Source: Octopus bimaculoides
Taxonomy: Eukaryota
Assembly (NCBI RefSeq): GCF_001194135.2
Contig: NC_068987.1
Location: 106,657,553-106,721,552, forward strand
DNA: 64,000 nt
Reading direction: 5' to 3'
Part shown: piece by piece, positions 13,012-25,099 of the stretch
Layout: each line of letters starts with the position of its first letter
Numbering within the stretch: the first letter of the stretch is position 1
Notes under the pieces: generated by a model
Databases searched by the model: none
What the model saw: only the letters and a program-made list of their open reading frames with translations
Told to the model about the DNA's origin: nothing
Made by a program: the position numbers and the translations under genes

Positions 13012-13102
13012 NNNNNNNNNNNNNNNNNNNNNNNNNNNNNNNNNNNNNNNNNNNNNNNNNNNNNNNNNNNNNNNNNNNNNNNNNNNNNNNNNNNNNNNNN
13101 NN

Positions 13103-13150
<48 letters not shown>

Positions 13151-14012
13151 TATGAAACATGCAACGCACATAGATATCCACCACACCTCCCATTTTGTCT
13201 AAACATTGAAAAGTAAAAAAAAACAGAAGCGTATGAAATAGTATTTCATAATACAATGTAATAGAAATTCCATTGATTTGAGACCACCAACAGAGAGTAT
13301 CTGGATTGTGTTATTGGCAGATGCAATCATTGAAATGAAAATATGTAGACGTTGTTGTGGTTGTCATGTTGTTGATACTTGTCTTGAAAGCATGGCATGT
13401 ATGTATATATATATATCATTGGATGTAAGAGGGTTGTATGTGATGACAATGTTGAGGCTGAAAATGATTATATTTATTGTGTTTTTGGTAGCTACAATTG
13501 TAAGTTTAATAAAAAGACATGGCTGTCTTGTTCTTGTTCTGTTGTTGTTATTGTTGTTGGTATTAAGATGGCGGATTTGATGTCATTATGGGTGGCAATA
13601 GAAAAGAAGACGATATGAGATTATAATTAGCAATACTGCTCTTGATATGTTTTCAATGTTAGTGCTGTAGCTGTTAGCAAATCTGAAGTCACAAATGTGG
13701 AGTTGCAATGATGAAACGTGTTTGTTCCTTTTGTTGTTGTTGCTGCTGTTATTGTTGGTGATAATGATGATGATGACTAGAAGGTGGAGGGAAGGAGGTG
13801 GAGTAGGGGGTGGAGGAGGAGGAAGAAGAAGAGGAAGACGAATAGGATTAGGATTATGATTCTAATCATATTTATCTTATGGTGAATCTTAATCTAGCAT
13901 AGTCTCTCATCAAACGTGTTCCGAACATGACCATCACGTATTTTATTCAACCACAATTTATTTAAGACTCCGTTATCCTTCTTTTCCTCAAACGTTTGTT
14001 CTGTGTTTTCAG

Positions 14013-14069
14013 AGAGATTTGTCTGCAGTTTCAAGCAGGAAGTGTGTCTACTGAGAGGTTGCCCCAATG
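14013..14069 (+). CDS. Candidate 57-nt micro-exon (phase 1-1 reading RFVCSFKQEVCLLRGCPN)
   Basis: TTCTGTGTTTTCAG acceptor, ATG|GTATGT donor, length a multiple of 3. No homology recognised. Confidence 0.3.
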
Positions 14070-15599
14070 GTATGTTGCATTGATATTGCCGATTCGTTTT
14101 TTTTTTTGTCTTTTTTTCAGAACGGTGTGCGGCAAGAATAACTATGATGAAATTCATTCCAGCCGTGATCGTACTACGTGTTTTGTATTTACCCGTAAGT
14201 CATGACCACGCTACCCAATATCTCAATTTCTAAGACAATTGAGAGTGATTTCAAGGAAATTCGGATGCTATTTCTAACAGGCTGAGAGACGAAACACTTC
14301 GCTGACTCGAGGAAATTTCAATAATTGTAAATTGAGAACATTTTCTTTGTGTCAATAATGTCATACTAATTTGTCACTTGCTGTAAGCTTTCATAGTGTT
14401 TGTATACTTGCTGTTATTGCTGATATTTGTATTGCGGTTGTTTATCTTGTGACCCGCAGTGATCCAGCGGAATTGTGATCAAAAGGAAATCAATAGTTTC
14501 ATCATCGATTTACGATTCAGTCTTCCATTTCTTGAACGCTCAAGTTGTACTGCATTATAGATATTGTAGTTAAATATTAATCACCAAATATTAAATTGAA
14601 ATAATGATTTAGTTGTAAATCCTTTGATATCTCAATGTGATAATTATTTACATCGTAATTTCTTCGAATAAAAACACATTAATCACTCGTCTTTGCTAAT
14701 TATCTGGGATTTTTACTGATATCTCTATGTTATATATCATTTATCCTGAAAAAAAAATTACGCCGATGATGTCTCGTGTTTCTTTTGAATATTTGTGTTA
14801 AACGACGAACGTCAAACGACGTTGGAATCAATGAAGTCTCCTCCTCGAAGAATCCCATGATCAAAAGACTATCGATTATGGCCATCCATTCATTGTTGTT
14901 ATTATCAGATACAGTACATCCGGGATTCCATTGCTTCATGTGTTCGTGTTTGAAGTGGAGGAAATCCCCACATTTCTTTATATGAAAGGATCTTAGAATC
15001 ACTTCACCCAACGTCTTCTTCACCGAGGTATGGTTTGCAAGTGATTTAGTTGCTATATCTAGGAAGTCGTTGAATCATATCTGAAGTATATCTGGTAGAA
15101 ACTTGTATATCTTTATATTCTATCTTATTTCAAACCAGGTGTATGTTTGCTATTCATAATACTTCGGTTAACTTCAGGTGATTACTGATGGTGCGCTATA
15201 TCGCATGAAGGTGAGACCAAAGAGGTTGGTACATAGATGTTTGTTTGTTTAGTCACAAATGACCTCGGATCTGTCAGAAATATATTTTGAAAGGTGTTAC
15301 GACCTTCACCATCTTGTCTTTTCTTCCTATATTGTAGAAATAAGATCGAATCTTGCAATTTATCTTTCCTTTTATAAGACAGTAGTCAACGATTTTAGTG
15401 AAATTTGTATGCTATTTCTCGTGGTTTGTTAAAATTATTTAGCCCCAGGCCAACCATGTCGTGGCTGACTAATGATCAAAGCAATCTAAATGCTGGCGCA
15501 CACATCTGTTGTGTTTTACTTTTCTTTCTTCGCGACTTGAGTCTGGATTACAATACTCAATTTCCTTTTATTAAGACAGCCGAGTGTTTAGTTCACGGG

Positions 15600-16150
15600 A
15601 GAGTTCATTGTGCTTCCCAGAAGGTCGGGCAGCTTTTAGAGGGTTCTCTCGATGGTTCATCACTAAATATATTGCAATGAGAGTGAGCAAAACTAGTTAA
15701 GCGCCATGCAAGGAACAATAGACACCACAACGATCACCCATAAGCTTTCCTTAACCACAATGTCATATATTTTGGTGATTGCGTTGCAATAGTACTTTTC
15801 TTCTATATGAATCCTGTCCCATGTAGAGACTTTGAACAAGGGCTACTCAGAAACATATGTCAGTTATACAATCTCGACCTTATTTACAATAATAATTCAA
15901 TGTACATAGGTGATTTTATAACTATGCTGTTGATTGTTTTCTACCGTCAGGACATCGTATCAAATGCTTTTGCCTTGTTCCGATGATAGTGATGAAAAAA
16001 TATTATTGTATTTAATTTCTCCCTTCTCCCTATTGGCGTTTCTGGAATACAGTAGTAATTGCCTCTTCTGCTGGATTCGGAGCCTTCACGCCTCTTATCC
16101 CATTTATGCATACCACACATTTTAACTTTATTGGCCTGTCACAGTTAGTG
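15600..16150 (-). pseudogene. Very decayed LINE reverse-transcriptase remnant
   Basis: The minus strand gives KAKAFDTMS near 15960 (DxxKAFD motif) and ALVQSLY near 15830; many stops and frameshifts. Confidence 0.3.
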
Positions 16151-16595
16151 ACCAAGATGTTACAATATATCTTATCTATGTGAATTAACGAGGCATTTTG
16201 TCATTACATTTCCTTTACTTATGTGTTTCTATGATCTTATGTCAAATTAGTATTGTTTATTGCCTTTAAGCCACCACCATTTATTTGTTTTATAGACCGT
16301 ATCTGCCTATGTACAATGTAATACATTGTTGATAGCTATGAGTGGTGGATATTTCATTTAATATTGCAAGAACTTGTATAATCTATATATATTTATGCAT
16401 GTATGATCCAGGATGTTGATTGATGTCACAATTCCACCAGTCATCGAAAGATTCCTAACTGCTAAATAAATGTGGTGCGCTCATCTTTATTCCTTACATC
16501 ATTTTATTTCATATTCCGAAATGGATAAAATATTCATATAAACGGTACATTTCACGGATATTCAGTTTGCATTGAATATTTTTGTGTTAACATGA

Positions 16596-16626
<31 letters not shown>

Positions 16627-17021
16627 NNNNNNNNNNNNNNNNNNNNNNNNNNNNNNNNNNNNNNNNNNNNNNNNNNNNNNNNNNNNNNNNNNNNNNNNNN
16701 NNNNNNNNNNNNNNNNNNNNNNNNNNNNNNNNNNNNNNNNNNNNNNNNNNNNNNNNNNNNNNNNNNNNNNNNNNNNNNNNNNNNNNNNNNNNNNNNNNNN
16801 NNNNNNNNNNNNNNNNNNNNNNNNNNNNNNNNNNNNNNNNNNNNNNNNNNNNNNNNNNNNNNNNNNNNNNNNNNNNNNNNNNNNNNNNNNNNNNNNNNNN
16901 NNNNNNNNNNNNNNNNNNNNNNNNNNNNNNNNNNNNNNNNNNNNNNNNNNNNNNNNNNNNNNNNNNNNNNNNNNNNNNNNNNNNNNNNNNNNNNNNNNNN
17001 NNNNNNNNNNNNNNNNNNNNN

Positions 17022-17064
17022 TCACAGCGCTGTTTTATCAACTTCGGAACCTGCCACTGTCAAG
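17022..17064 (+). CDS. Candidate exon end at a gap edge
   Basis: Perfect AAG|GTAAGT donor at 17064/17065; all three frames are open back to the gap. Confidence 0.25.
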
Positions 17065-17399
17065 GTAAGTGACATCTATATATACATACAACACACACAC
17101 ACACAAAACCTTGTGAAATTCAGCTACTTAGATTTTCTTGGACCCGAGCATTAAATATATTTCATCATGCTGATATCATCAAGAGAACATAAATCAGTGA
17201 ACCACAAATGTTAGGAGGCTTTTAAAAAGGGTGAATATTTTGTGCTACAACATTGGGATGTGTTATGGTTTGTCTGGTGATTTATGGTTAATTCTCGCGA
17301 AAATATATTTTGAAAAATGCGGACATGTGGAGAAAAATTCGCTTTTAGTACTCATACAATCCATTATAAAGCCATTATGAAAAACGTACAACGAAAATT

Positions 17400-18630
17400 A
17401 CAGAAAAACCAAAAGAAAAACGAATCGAAATGATACATGGAAATCGACCCCAGGGGAACCAGACAAAAGTATCAGACTTCTAATTGTCCAAATATGTGCG
17501 GAGATGAACTCAAAATCATCCCAAATGCACACTGGGAATCTGTATGCTCCAATGTCAAAATATAACTTTACTCTTAAAGAACACAACAAGTATAGAAGAC
17601 AACTATCAATATGTGATCCCAAATACCCTAGATGCATAAATGCATAGGGAGAAAGACAAAGAAGTAAAAGGGGAATAAAGAAGTCATAATGCAAATGGAC
17701 TTCGTGGAAGCTTAAGATACCCACTATTAGCGACCCTCGATGCCAAATATCCCGGATTTCCAAACAAGCATACAAGAAGATGGAAAGAAGACAGACCCTG
17801 TATGCGACGTATTTCAGACTTGAAATATTCTCTCAGAGAGACAATATTACAACTCTGTTTGATTTGAGGGAAAAGACAAACGGGCCCCAGATTCGACAGG
17901 ACATGAAATGTAAGTATACCCACAGAAAATATATGCCATAGAATTATAAATTTAGCGAAAAGAAACTGAAAAAAGATGAAATGATTCTTTTATTGGAAGG
18001 TTTCAAATTAACCCCTACACTTAAATCTTATCGCATAGAACTAAAAGCCGCTATTGAACATTTTAGTCGACACTTCCGCCTTCTACAATTCTTTGGCAAG
18101 CAGAACGTAAATGACGAGTGAATCATCAGAAATAAATCCTACCTCACTCCTATCCGGATGAGTGACAAACATCTTGATACATATATAGACACGATTTCCA
18201 AATTTTCTCTTAGTCCCTTGAAATGCAAGCGAAACATCCGTAAAGAGGAAAAGGAAGGTTTACTAACTTTGAAGAACGACAACCCAATCATCCTAAAAGA
18301 AAGTGATAAGCGGAGAGCGATAGTGATTAAGGACAGGTACCATTATATAGACAAAATATTAGAACAGCTAACAATCCTAAACTACTATAGGGAAGAAGCA
18401 AGATTCTAGAACAATCAATAATGAAAAAAAAAATCTGAACATTATTTAACCAACGCCCAGATGAAGAAATAGATTACTTGTGTAACTCCGAAATTAAAGA
18501 GAGCGTTTCTATGGATTACTCAATGTCCACAAAAGCTCGGAAATAGAGAAAGCTATAAGTGAACAGAAGAACAAATACATAAAGATATTAAGACCCACTG
18601 ATCTTAAACCGAGACTAATAATTGCAGAAC
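17400..18630 (+). mobile_element. Penelope-like element, N-terminal RT region, decayed and 3'-truncated
   Basis: From about 17940: NLSEKKLKKDEMILLLEGFKLTPT...LKNDNPIILKESDKRRAIVIKDR...FYGLLNVHKS...DLKPRLII, the PLE KGLKFxPTP / ADKG / FYGLPKIHK motif series. 17400-17940 is assumed continuous. Confidence 0.8.
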
Positions 18631-18719
18631 AGATTTACAACAATACTGGGGGCAATGAAGACGAAAGTCTATTGTCCATATCTTACAACTTTTTGTTATT
18701 CTTTTCATTTGGAAGTTGA

Positions 18720-19300
18720 GAAACGATATGGAAATCAAGAGTTGAATAATGATTTGTAAAAGTTGTTCCCTGGAAATTTGATTGAGAAAATCTTAAATCA
18801 CAATGGACTACATAGAACAGGTATGAGGTTTGTCGTTCATCCGACCAATAAAACGTAACTTATTGATCTATTATCAAACACCGACCCAATTATTGATACC
18901 GTCGCAACTATCTGTCTTGTAGGAATGAGCGCCAATAATGAAACGCCAATCGCGCAAACAACAGCACAATCAGTAGTATCGAAACCAGCACTGACAATCT
19001 CAGGATCTACAATAACTGTGAGAACATTACCACCACCAATAGTACATCTGATGAAGAAATCACTTCTTACCGGTTGCTGGAAACCACCTTCAAACAACGT
19101 ATAACCTTACTACTTGGCGTACTATTACAATGGGATATGACAGTAGTTGAAAGATATTTTTGAATTTCTCACAGGAAGCGCATGGGGAAAATACGGAAAA
19201 AACTTCATTCCAGCAATAAAGAAGTGTTCACTCCAGTGAAAGAGGACTGAAGATGGTAAAGTAGAGTTCTCAGTTGGATTATGTGGTCGGCATCTGAAAT
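18720..19300 (+). mobile_element. Old Penelope-like GIY-YIG-end remnant
   Basis: Fragments KLFPGNLIEKILNHN and SYRLLETTFKQR resemble the motifs of the 23800-24400 element. Confidence 0.4.
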
Positions 19301-19419
19301 TCAGTGTTCTCCGAAACAGAAACCAGGCTGTCATAAACGCTATTACAGAATATTTGTGTGGTAGGATTTTCTTGAATATATTAATCGTTTCTACTGCAGG
19401 CCTGATATTTTGCGGTCTT

Positions 19420-19510
19420 TGGTTAGTTGATTACGTCTAAACCAGTGCTCAACCTATCGACCTCAAAAGGATAAAAGGCAAAGTCGACTTCACCGGCATT
19501 TAAGTTCAGG
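19420..19510 (-). mobile_element. SINE-B body fragment
   Basis: Reverse complement of GTCGACTTTGCCTTTTATCCTTTTGAGGTCGATAGG. Confidence 0.6.
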
Positions 19511-19719
19511 GGGTAAATACATTTGATGAGCAAAAATGAATATGATCAGATATACTAGGGTTACTCTAAAGGAAGACTCTTTATAAAAACAACTCTTCAT
19601 ATGCTAGCAAATGAGTTTTGCATAGGATTGGGTTGTTTCGCTGAGTGACCTCCCCATAATATATTCAATTAGAAACAACTGGCATTGCTGTAAGACAGTA
19701 ACAAGCAGAAATGTTAGTT

Positions 19720-19954
19720 AAGGCGGCGAGCTGGCAGAATCGTTAGCACGCCGGGCGAAATGCTTAGCAGTATTTCGTCTGCCGCTACATTTTGAGTTAA
19801 AATTCCGCCGAGGTCGATTTTGCCTTTCATCATTTTGGGGGGTCGATTAAATAAGTACCAGTTACACACTGTGGTCGATACAAGCGACTTAATCCGTTTG
19901 CCTGTCCTTGTTTGTCCGCTCTGTGTGTAGCGCCTTGTGGGCAGTAAAGAAATA
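19720..19954 (+). mobile_element. Full SINE-B with LINE-like 3' tail and 13-bp TSD
   Basis: TSD AGAAATGTTAGTT at 19707-19719 and 19955-19967; A box TGGCAGAATCG; B box GAGTTAAAATTCC; tail TGTGTAGCGCCTTGTGGGCAGTAAAGAAAT. Confidence 0.9.
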
Positions 19955-20887
19955 AGAAATGTTAGTTTGTCAAGACAAAATAACTGATGGCTTTTAGTGA
20001 CAGCCTTTTAATTTAATTTTCCCAAGGTTATCTTTCTTTAATTATTCTGGTGTCGTTAAAATAGAGTACCACTTAAATAATATCCTCGATTTTATCTGTT
20101 ACTTCCCTCCTTCAAATTGCGTCTTTTTCTAAAATTAAGCTAGCATGGCAATGAATTATTTTAAGGTGGTATGCAAAGAGAAACTTGTTGGAGTACCAGA
20201 GATAATAACCTGTGGTAGTCATGGTTATTTAAGTAATGGGTTCAAATCCTGTCGAACAAAACTCTGATTTCATTCGTTCGAGGTTCATAAGTATATTTTC
20301 CCTAATTTTTGGCTTTGTGCATATTTAGCAACAAATATCTAAGAGTTATTCTCTATTATAGCTGTAACAATGAAATATCTGGAGAGATTTACATGGAAGT
20401 CATCCTAGACATTGATAGAATTCAATAACATTAAAGCAACTTGATATTTCCTCCCTTGTCTGTACCTTAATGCCACATGTCGATATCTTTGAATAATGGC
20501 TTTAGGTAATTTCATTGAGAAGTCAGTAAGTTTCTAAACCGACTCAGCTTCTTTCTACCATAAGAAATTATAATCACTGGTGGTGCTTCATCAATTATTT
20601 ATCATTATTGTCACTGTTGTCATGAAAAATGACGCTGGGGTGTTGGCTTCTTCGTGTGTGAATGTTTGAACGCCGGATAACAGTTTCTATGCTAACGCTC
20701 AATAGAAGTATCTTCACTTTGCGAGGTCAAGTTTTAAGACACATGGAGGTTATTTGGAATATCACAAGTTGTTCGGATTAAGTTCGAATTGTGGTGACAT
20801 GTACATACATACATGCATGCATACATACACATATATATAGAGAGAGATACATACACACACAGACACACAAGCACATATAATTATATG

Positions 20888-20934
<47 letters not shown>

Positions 20935-21063
20935 ATATATACATATCTATATCTGTGTGTATGTGTATGTTTGTATATATATATATTTGAAGGTTTGGAG
21001 GTGATGTACAGAAATTATATAGAAAAAAATTAAGTAAGGTACTCAGAAATCTGGATGTTTGTA

Positions 21064-21198
21064 CATTTACAGATTTTTATTAATGTCACATATTAAATGA
21101 AGCGCTTTTCACCTAGTCGTGTAGGTTTTTCAAAAACCTACACGACTAGGTGAAAAGCGCTTCATTTAATATGTGACATTAATAAAAATCTGTAAATG
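21064..21198. repeat. Perfect palindrome with 67-bp arms, centred on 21131, running into a gap
   Basis: 21064-21130 is the exact reverse complement of 21132-21198. Confidence 0.95.
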
Positions 21199-22030
21199 NN
21201 NNNNNNNNNNNNNNNNNNNNNNNNNNNNNNNNNNNNNNNNNNNNNNNNNNNNNNNNNNNNNNNNNNNNNNNNNNNNNNNNNNNNNNNNNNNNNNNNNNNN
21301 NNNNNNNNNNNNNNNNNNNNNNNNNNNNNNNNNNNNNNNNNNNNNNNNNNNNNNNNNNNNNNNNNNNNNNNNNNNNNNNNNNNNNNNNNNNNNNNNNNNN
21401 NNNNNNNNNNNNNNNNNNNNNNNNNNNNNNNNNNNNNNNNNNNNNNNNNNNNNNNNNNNNNNNNNNNNNNNNNNNNNNNNNNNNNNNNNNNNNNNNNNNN
21501 NNNNNNNNNNNNNNNNNNNNNNNNNNNNNNNNNNNNNNNNNNNNNNNNNNNNNNNNNNNNNNNNNNNNNNNNNNNNNNNNNNNNNNNNNNNNNNNNNNNN
21601 NNNNNNNNNNNNNNNNNNNNNNNNNNNNNNNNNNNNNNNNNNNNNNNNNNNNNNNNNNNNNNNNNNNNNNNNNNNNNNNNNNNNNNNNNNNNNNNNNNNN
21701 NNNNNNNNNNNNNNNNNNNNNNNNNNNNNNNNNNNNNNNNNNNNNNNNNNNNNNNNNNNNNNNNNNNNNNNNNNNNNNNNNNNNNNNNNNNNNNNNNNNN
21801 NNNNNNNNNNNNNNNNNNNNNNNNNNNNNGTACAAAATTCATTTATTTACGTATAAATAAATGAAGTTCGTACGAAACGTATGCACTGCTATAACCTATT
21901 GAATTTTTGTTGCTTTTATTCAAATTTTATTCACCAAATATCTTGATTTTGTTTTTGGTTTTTACCCTACCAAATTCTGGTGCCTCAAACATTTTAAGTA
22001 CCACTTTTAGTCTTTTGATTAAATCTATAT

Positions 22031-22061
<31 letters not shown>

Positions 22062-22172
22062 CGATGGTCTTCTTTCAGTTTTCTCTACCAAATCCACTCA
22101 CACGGCTGTGGTCGGTCCGAGGCTATACTGGAAGACACCTACCCAAGGTGCAACGCTGTGGGAAGATATAAC
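22062..22172 (-). mobile_element. SINE-A fragment
   Basis: Reverse complement of the core (CCTTGGGTAGGTGTCTTCCAGTATAGCCTCGG...GGATTTGGTAGAG) abutting (TA)n. Confidence 0.75.
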
Positions 22173-22189
22173 AAGCATCTGAAGTCATA

Positions 22190-22640
22190 TACATTATTTT
22201 ATATTATTCTTAAATTTGTTGAGGTCTTACAGCTGTTTCTGTGATATCCCAAATGATAGGCGAGTATGACTGAATATGGGGTATTGCGTCATCGGGAACA
22301 AGTAGAGAACATATAAAAGATCTGGACATGGTCATATCTAGTTAAAAGATCTAGACATGGAAAATTTGCAGATAATAAGCAATGAAATAAAAGAGTAGAG
22401 AGTAAGGAAATAAGGAAATAAACTTCAGAGTTCATTTTTCAGAGGGTATGGATGTTAGTCCGTATGGCCATAGGTAACATCCACTGTAAATCCAGGCAGT
22501 AGTACGGGAAAGTATGAGTAGTGTGTTCACAGAATAAATATCCAGGCAATGTTTTGGCAGAAACGGGAATGGCGTATTCATATTGAGATGGCTGGTTTTT
22601 GAGAGAATGTCCATGAAAGTGGCTATTGAGCAAAGTGGAA
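22190..22640 (-). mobile_element. Penelope-like 3' end remnant
   Basis: The minus strand gives SHFHGHSLKN and WIYSGCYLWPYGL (HF..GHS and WI..L.T..P.GLN of the PLE endonuclease C-terminus), followed by a UTR containing GAAACAGCTGTA. Confidence 0.45.
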
Positions 22641-22689
22641 GGAGAAAGAGAAAGAAAATAGAAAGAACGCGAAAGAGAGGTTAATGAGT

Positions 22690-22698
22690 AGAGAGAGA

Positions 22699-22790
<92 letters not shown>
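22690..22790. repeat. (GA)n microsatellite
   Basis: Direct. Confidence 0.95.
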
Positions 22791-23350
22791 GAGGTAGCGT
22801 GTGGAGATAGAGAGAGGAGTAAGGTAAGTGGCAGAATATTAGCAAAAATTGGTCAGAAGTAATGGCTAGAAGAATCAAAATAAAGAAAGAAATAAAAGAA
22901 ATATCAAAATATAGAGTAATACATATAAAGAATAAAAATATATAAAATAAAAATATATGAAATAAAAATAAAATATATAAAAAGGTAGAATTAAAAATAA
23001 GGGTACAGATAAAAGAAAAGAGGAAGATTATAGAAAATAGAAGGATCAAAGAGAATAGGAAAAGAGATAAAGAGAATAATACATGTGAGCACCATTCCTC
23101 AAGTTTAGGGTTGGAGCAAGAGGTCAAGCCGTAAGTATATGTATCTGTTGAACAGATGAAGTTCGAGTTGTTTGATCAGTAGTTATAGATATATTCTTAC
23201 ACATGGGCGTATGAATACATTTAAGGAGGGATGGGGAAGCAGGCATGAATGGAGAAAGCAGTTAACTATTTGTTTAGGAATAAAAGTCACAGTTTAAGAT
23301 TTGGAGATCTAAAAGGTTAAGGTTTAAAGTTTAGGAGATTAAATTAAAAC

Positions 23351-23755
23351 CAGCATGAGTGGCTGTGTGGTAAGTAGCTTACTTACCAACCACATGGTTC
23401 CGGGTTCATGTCAACTGCATGACACCTTTGGTATCTGTCTTCTACTATAGCCTCGGGCCGACCAAGGCCTTGTGAGTGGATTTGGTAGACGGAAACTGAA
23501 AGAAACCCGTCGTATATATGTATGTGTGTGTATATGTTTGTGTGTCTGTTTGTCCCCCCAGCATCGCTTGACAACCGATGCTGGTGTGTTCACGTCCCCG
23601 TAACTTAGCAGTTCGGCAAAAGAGACCGATAGAATAAGTATTAGGCTTCCAAAGATTAAGTCCTGGGGTCGATTTGCTCGACTGAAAAGCGGTGCTCCAG
23701 CATGGCCGCAGTCAAATGACTGAAACAAGTAAAAGACTAAAAAGAGTAAAAGAGT
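23351..23755 (+). mobile_element. Near full-length SINE-A
   Basis: tRNA-like head, core, internal TA/TG tract, 3' domain ending GCATGGCCGCAGTCAAATGACTGAAACAAG, and an A-rich AAAAGAGT tail. Confidence 0.95.
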
Positions 23756-23799
23756 AGGTTAAAGTAAGGAATTAGAAGTTAATTTCTAAGATTCTAATT

Positions 23800-24400
23800 T
23801 TAATGGAGAAGATAATGAAGGGATAGGCATAGGTATATCATAACGACCATGGAAATATGCAAGTAAGAGTTATGTGTGCGGGATAAGTTTACACTTGGAC
23901 TTGTGGGAAAATTTAAATGTGCGGAACATTATGTGTTTACAGGTTGTGAATGCTTCGTTATGTTAGTTGAGTAATTGTGGTGAGTTATGAGTTAATTTCT
24001 GGAGAGCCTCCTTTAGGAAGAGTCCACATATGGAGCGCTGGCGTGATATAGGACCCCGGAGTCTATTATAGCCCAGGATGTCCTATACTGTATTTTCATA
24101 TTACATAGATGGTGTGTGTGGCTGGCTACGAATGTGGAGTTGCTATGCTCTTTGTATATTTGCAGAATATCTTTGCTTGAAAATAATGGTAGATCCGTTA
24201 TAGTAGATAGAGGAATTATTTAATATGTTGTGGACAGTGCATTTGTATACCACGTTGAACCTTCTGCAATGGACTTGCAACGGGCAATCGGTCCCAGAGC
24301 CGCAGCTGCAACTATCTGTTCTAAGTTGGTCTGTTGGAGAGAGGGATGAAGTCATGCGATTTAAGGACAAGTTGAAGGCTAGGGTTGTATTAGGTGATAG
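23800..24400 (-). mobile_element. Penelope-like GIY-YIG endonuclease region, decayed
   Basis: SCSCGSGTDCPLQVHCRRFNVVYKCTVHN...GSTIIFKQRYS...CGLFLKEAL...LLN*HNEAFTTCKH. Confidence 0.8.
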
Positions 24401-24419
24401 GCTCATTTTATAATTATTA

Positions 24420-24577
24420 CTGTTAATAGTAGTAGCGGTATTAATATTAGTAGCAGTATTATTATTATTATTAAAACTAGTAGTAGTAGTAGAAGTGGCA
24501 GCAGTAGTAGCAGTAGTAGTAGCAGTATTAATAGTAGAAGTAGTAGTAGCAGTAGTAGTAGTAGTAGNNNNNNNNNN

Positions 24578-24617
<40 letters not shown>

Positions 24618-24620
24618 TGT
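24420..24620. repeat. (TAG)n microsatellite region with a short gap
   Basis: Direct. Confidence 0.9.
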
Positions 24621-24905
24621 TGTAATATTAATATTAGTAATGGTAGTATTTTCATTGGTAGCAGTATTTGTATTATTGTTAATGTTGTTAGTATATATAT
24701 GTGTGGTGCCTGCGTGTGTGCGTGTGTGTGTACGTCTGGGTGTGTGTGTATGTGTGTATTTGTGCGTGTGTGCGTGTGTGTGTCAATAAATATATTAGTA
24801 TCATTAATGCACTGTATAGTTTATTGAACAGTTCTACTTCAAACAAAACGATGTAGATCGATGATCAAATTGCTTTCCAGCCAATAGCAGACTATATATT
24901 TTCAG

Positions 24906-24938
24906 ATTGGGATTCCGACGTTCAAAAGATTCTTCCTG
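24906..24938 (+). CDS. Candidate 33-nt micro-exon (phase 1-1, DWDSDVQKILP)
   Basis: ATTTTCAG acceptor, G|GTATTA donor (weak), length a multiple of 3. Confidence 0.25.
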
Positions 24939-25099
24939 GTATTATTGGTACCCAAAAAATACTTGCAGAAATTTCTCGGCTAATTTTATGCCACAGTGTC
25001 ACTCATTAACTTTCTTGCACTCGGTTATAATATCCTTTTATTTCCAACATAATCTTTTGGTTAATTTCTTGAAAATCCTGTCTGTTTCCTTCGCTCATC

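Noticed and set aside
22225-22265. GAAACAGCTGTA with palindromic stem III as a hammerhead
   Set aside because: No CUGANGA-like core or stem I partner was found; kept only as weak support for a PLE end.
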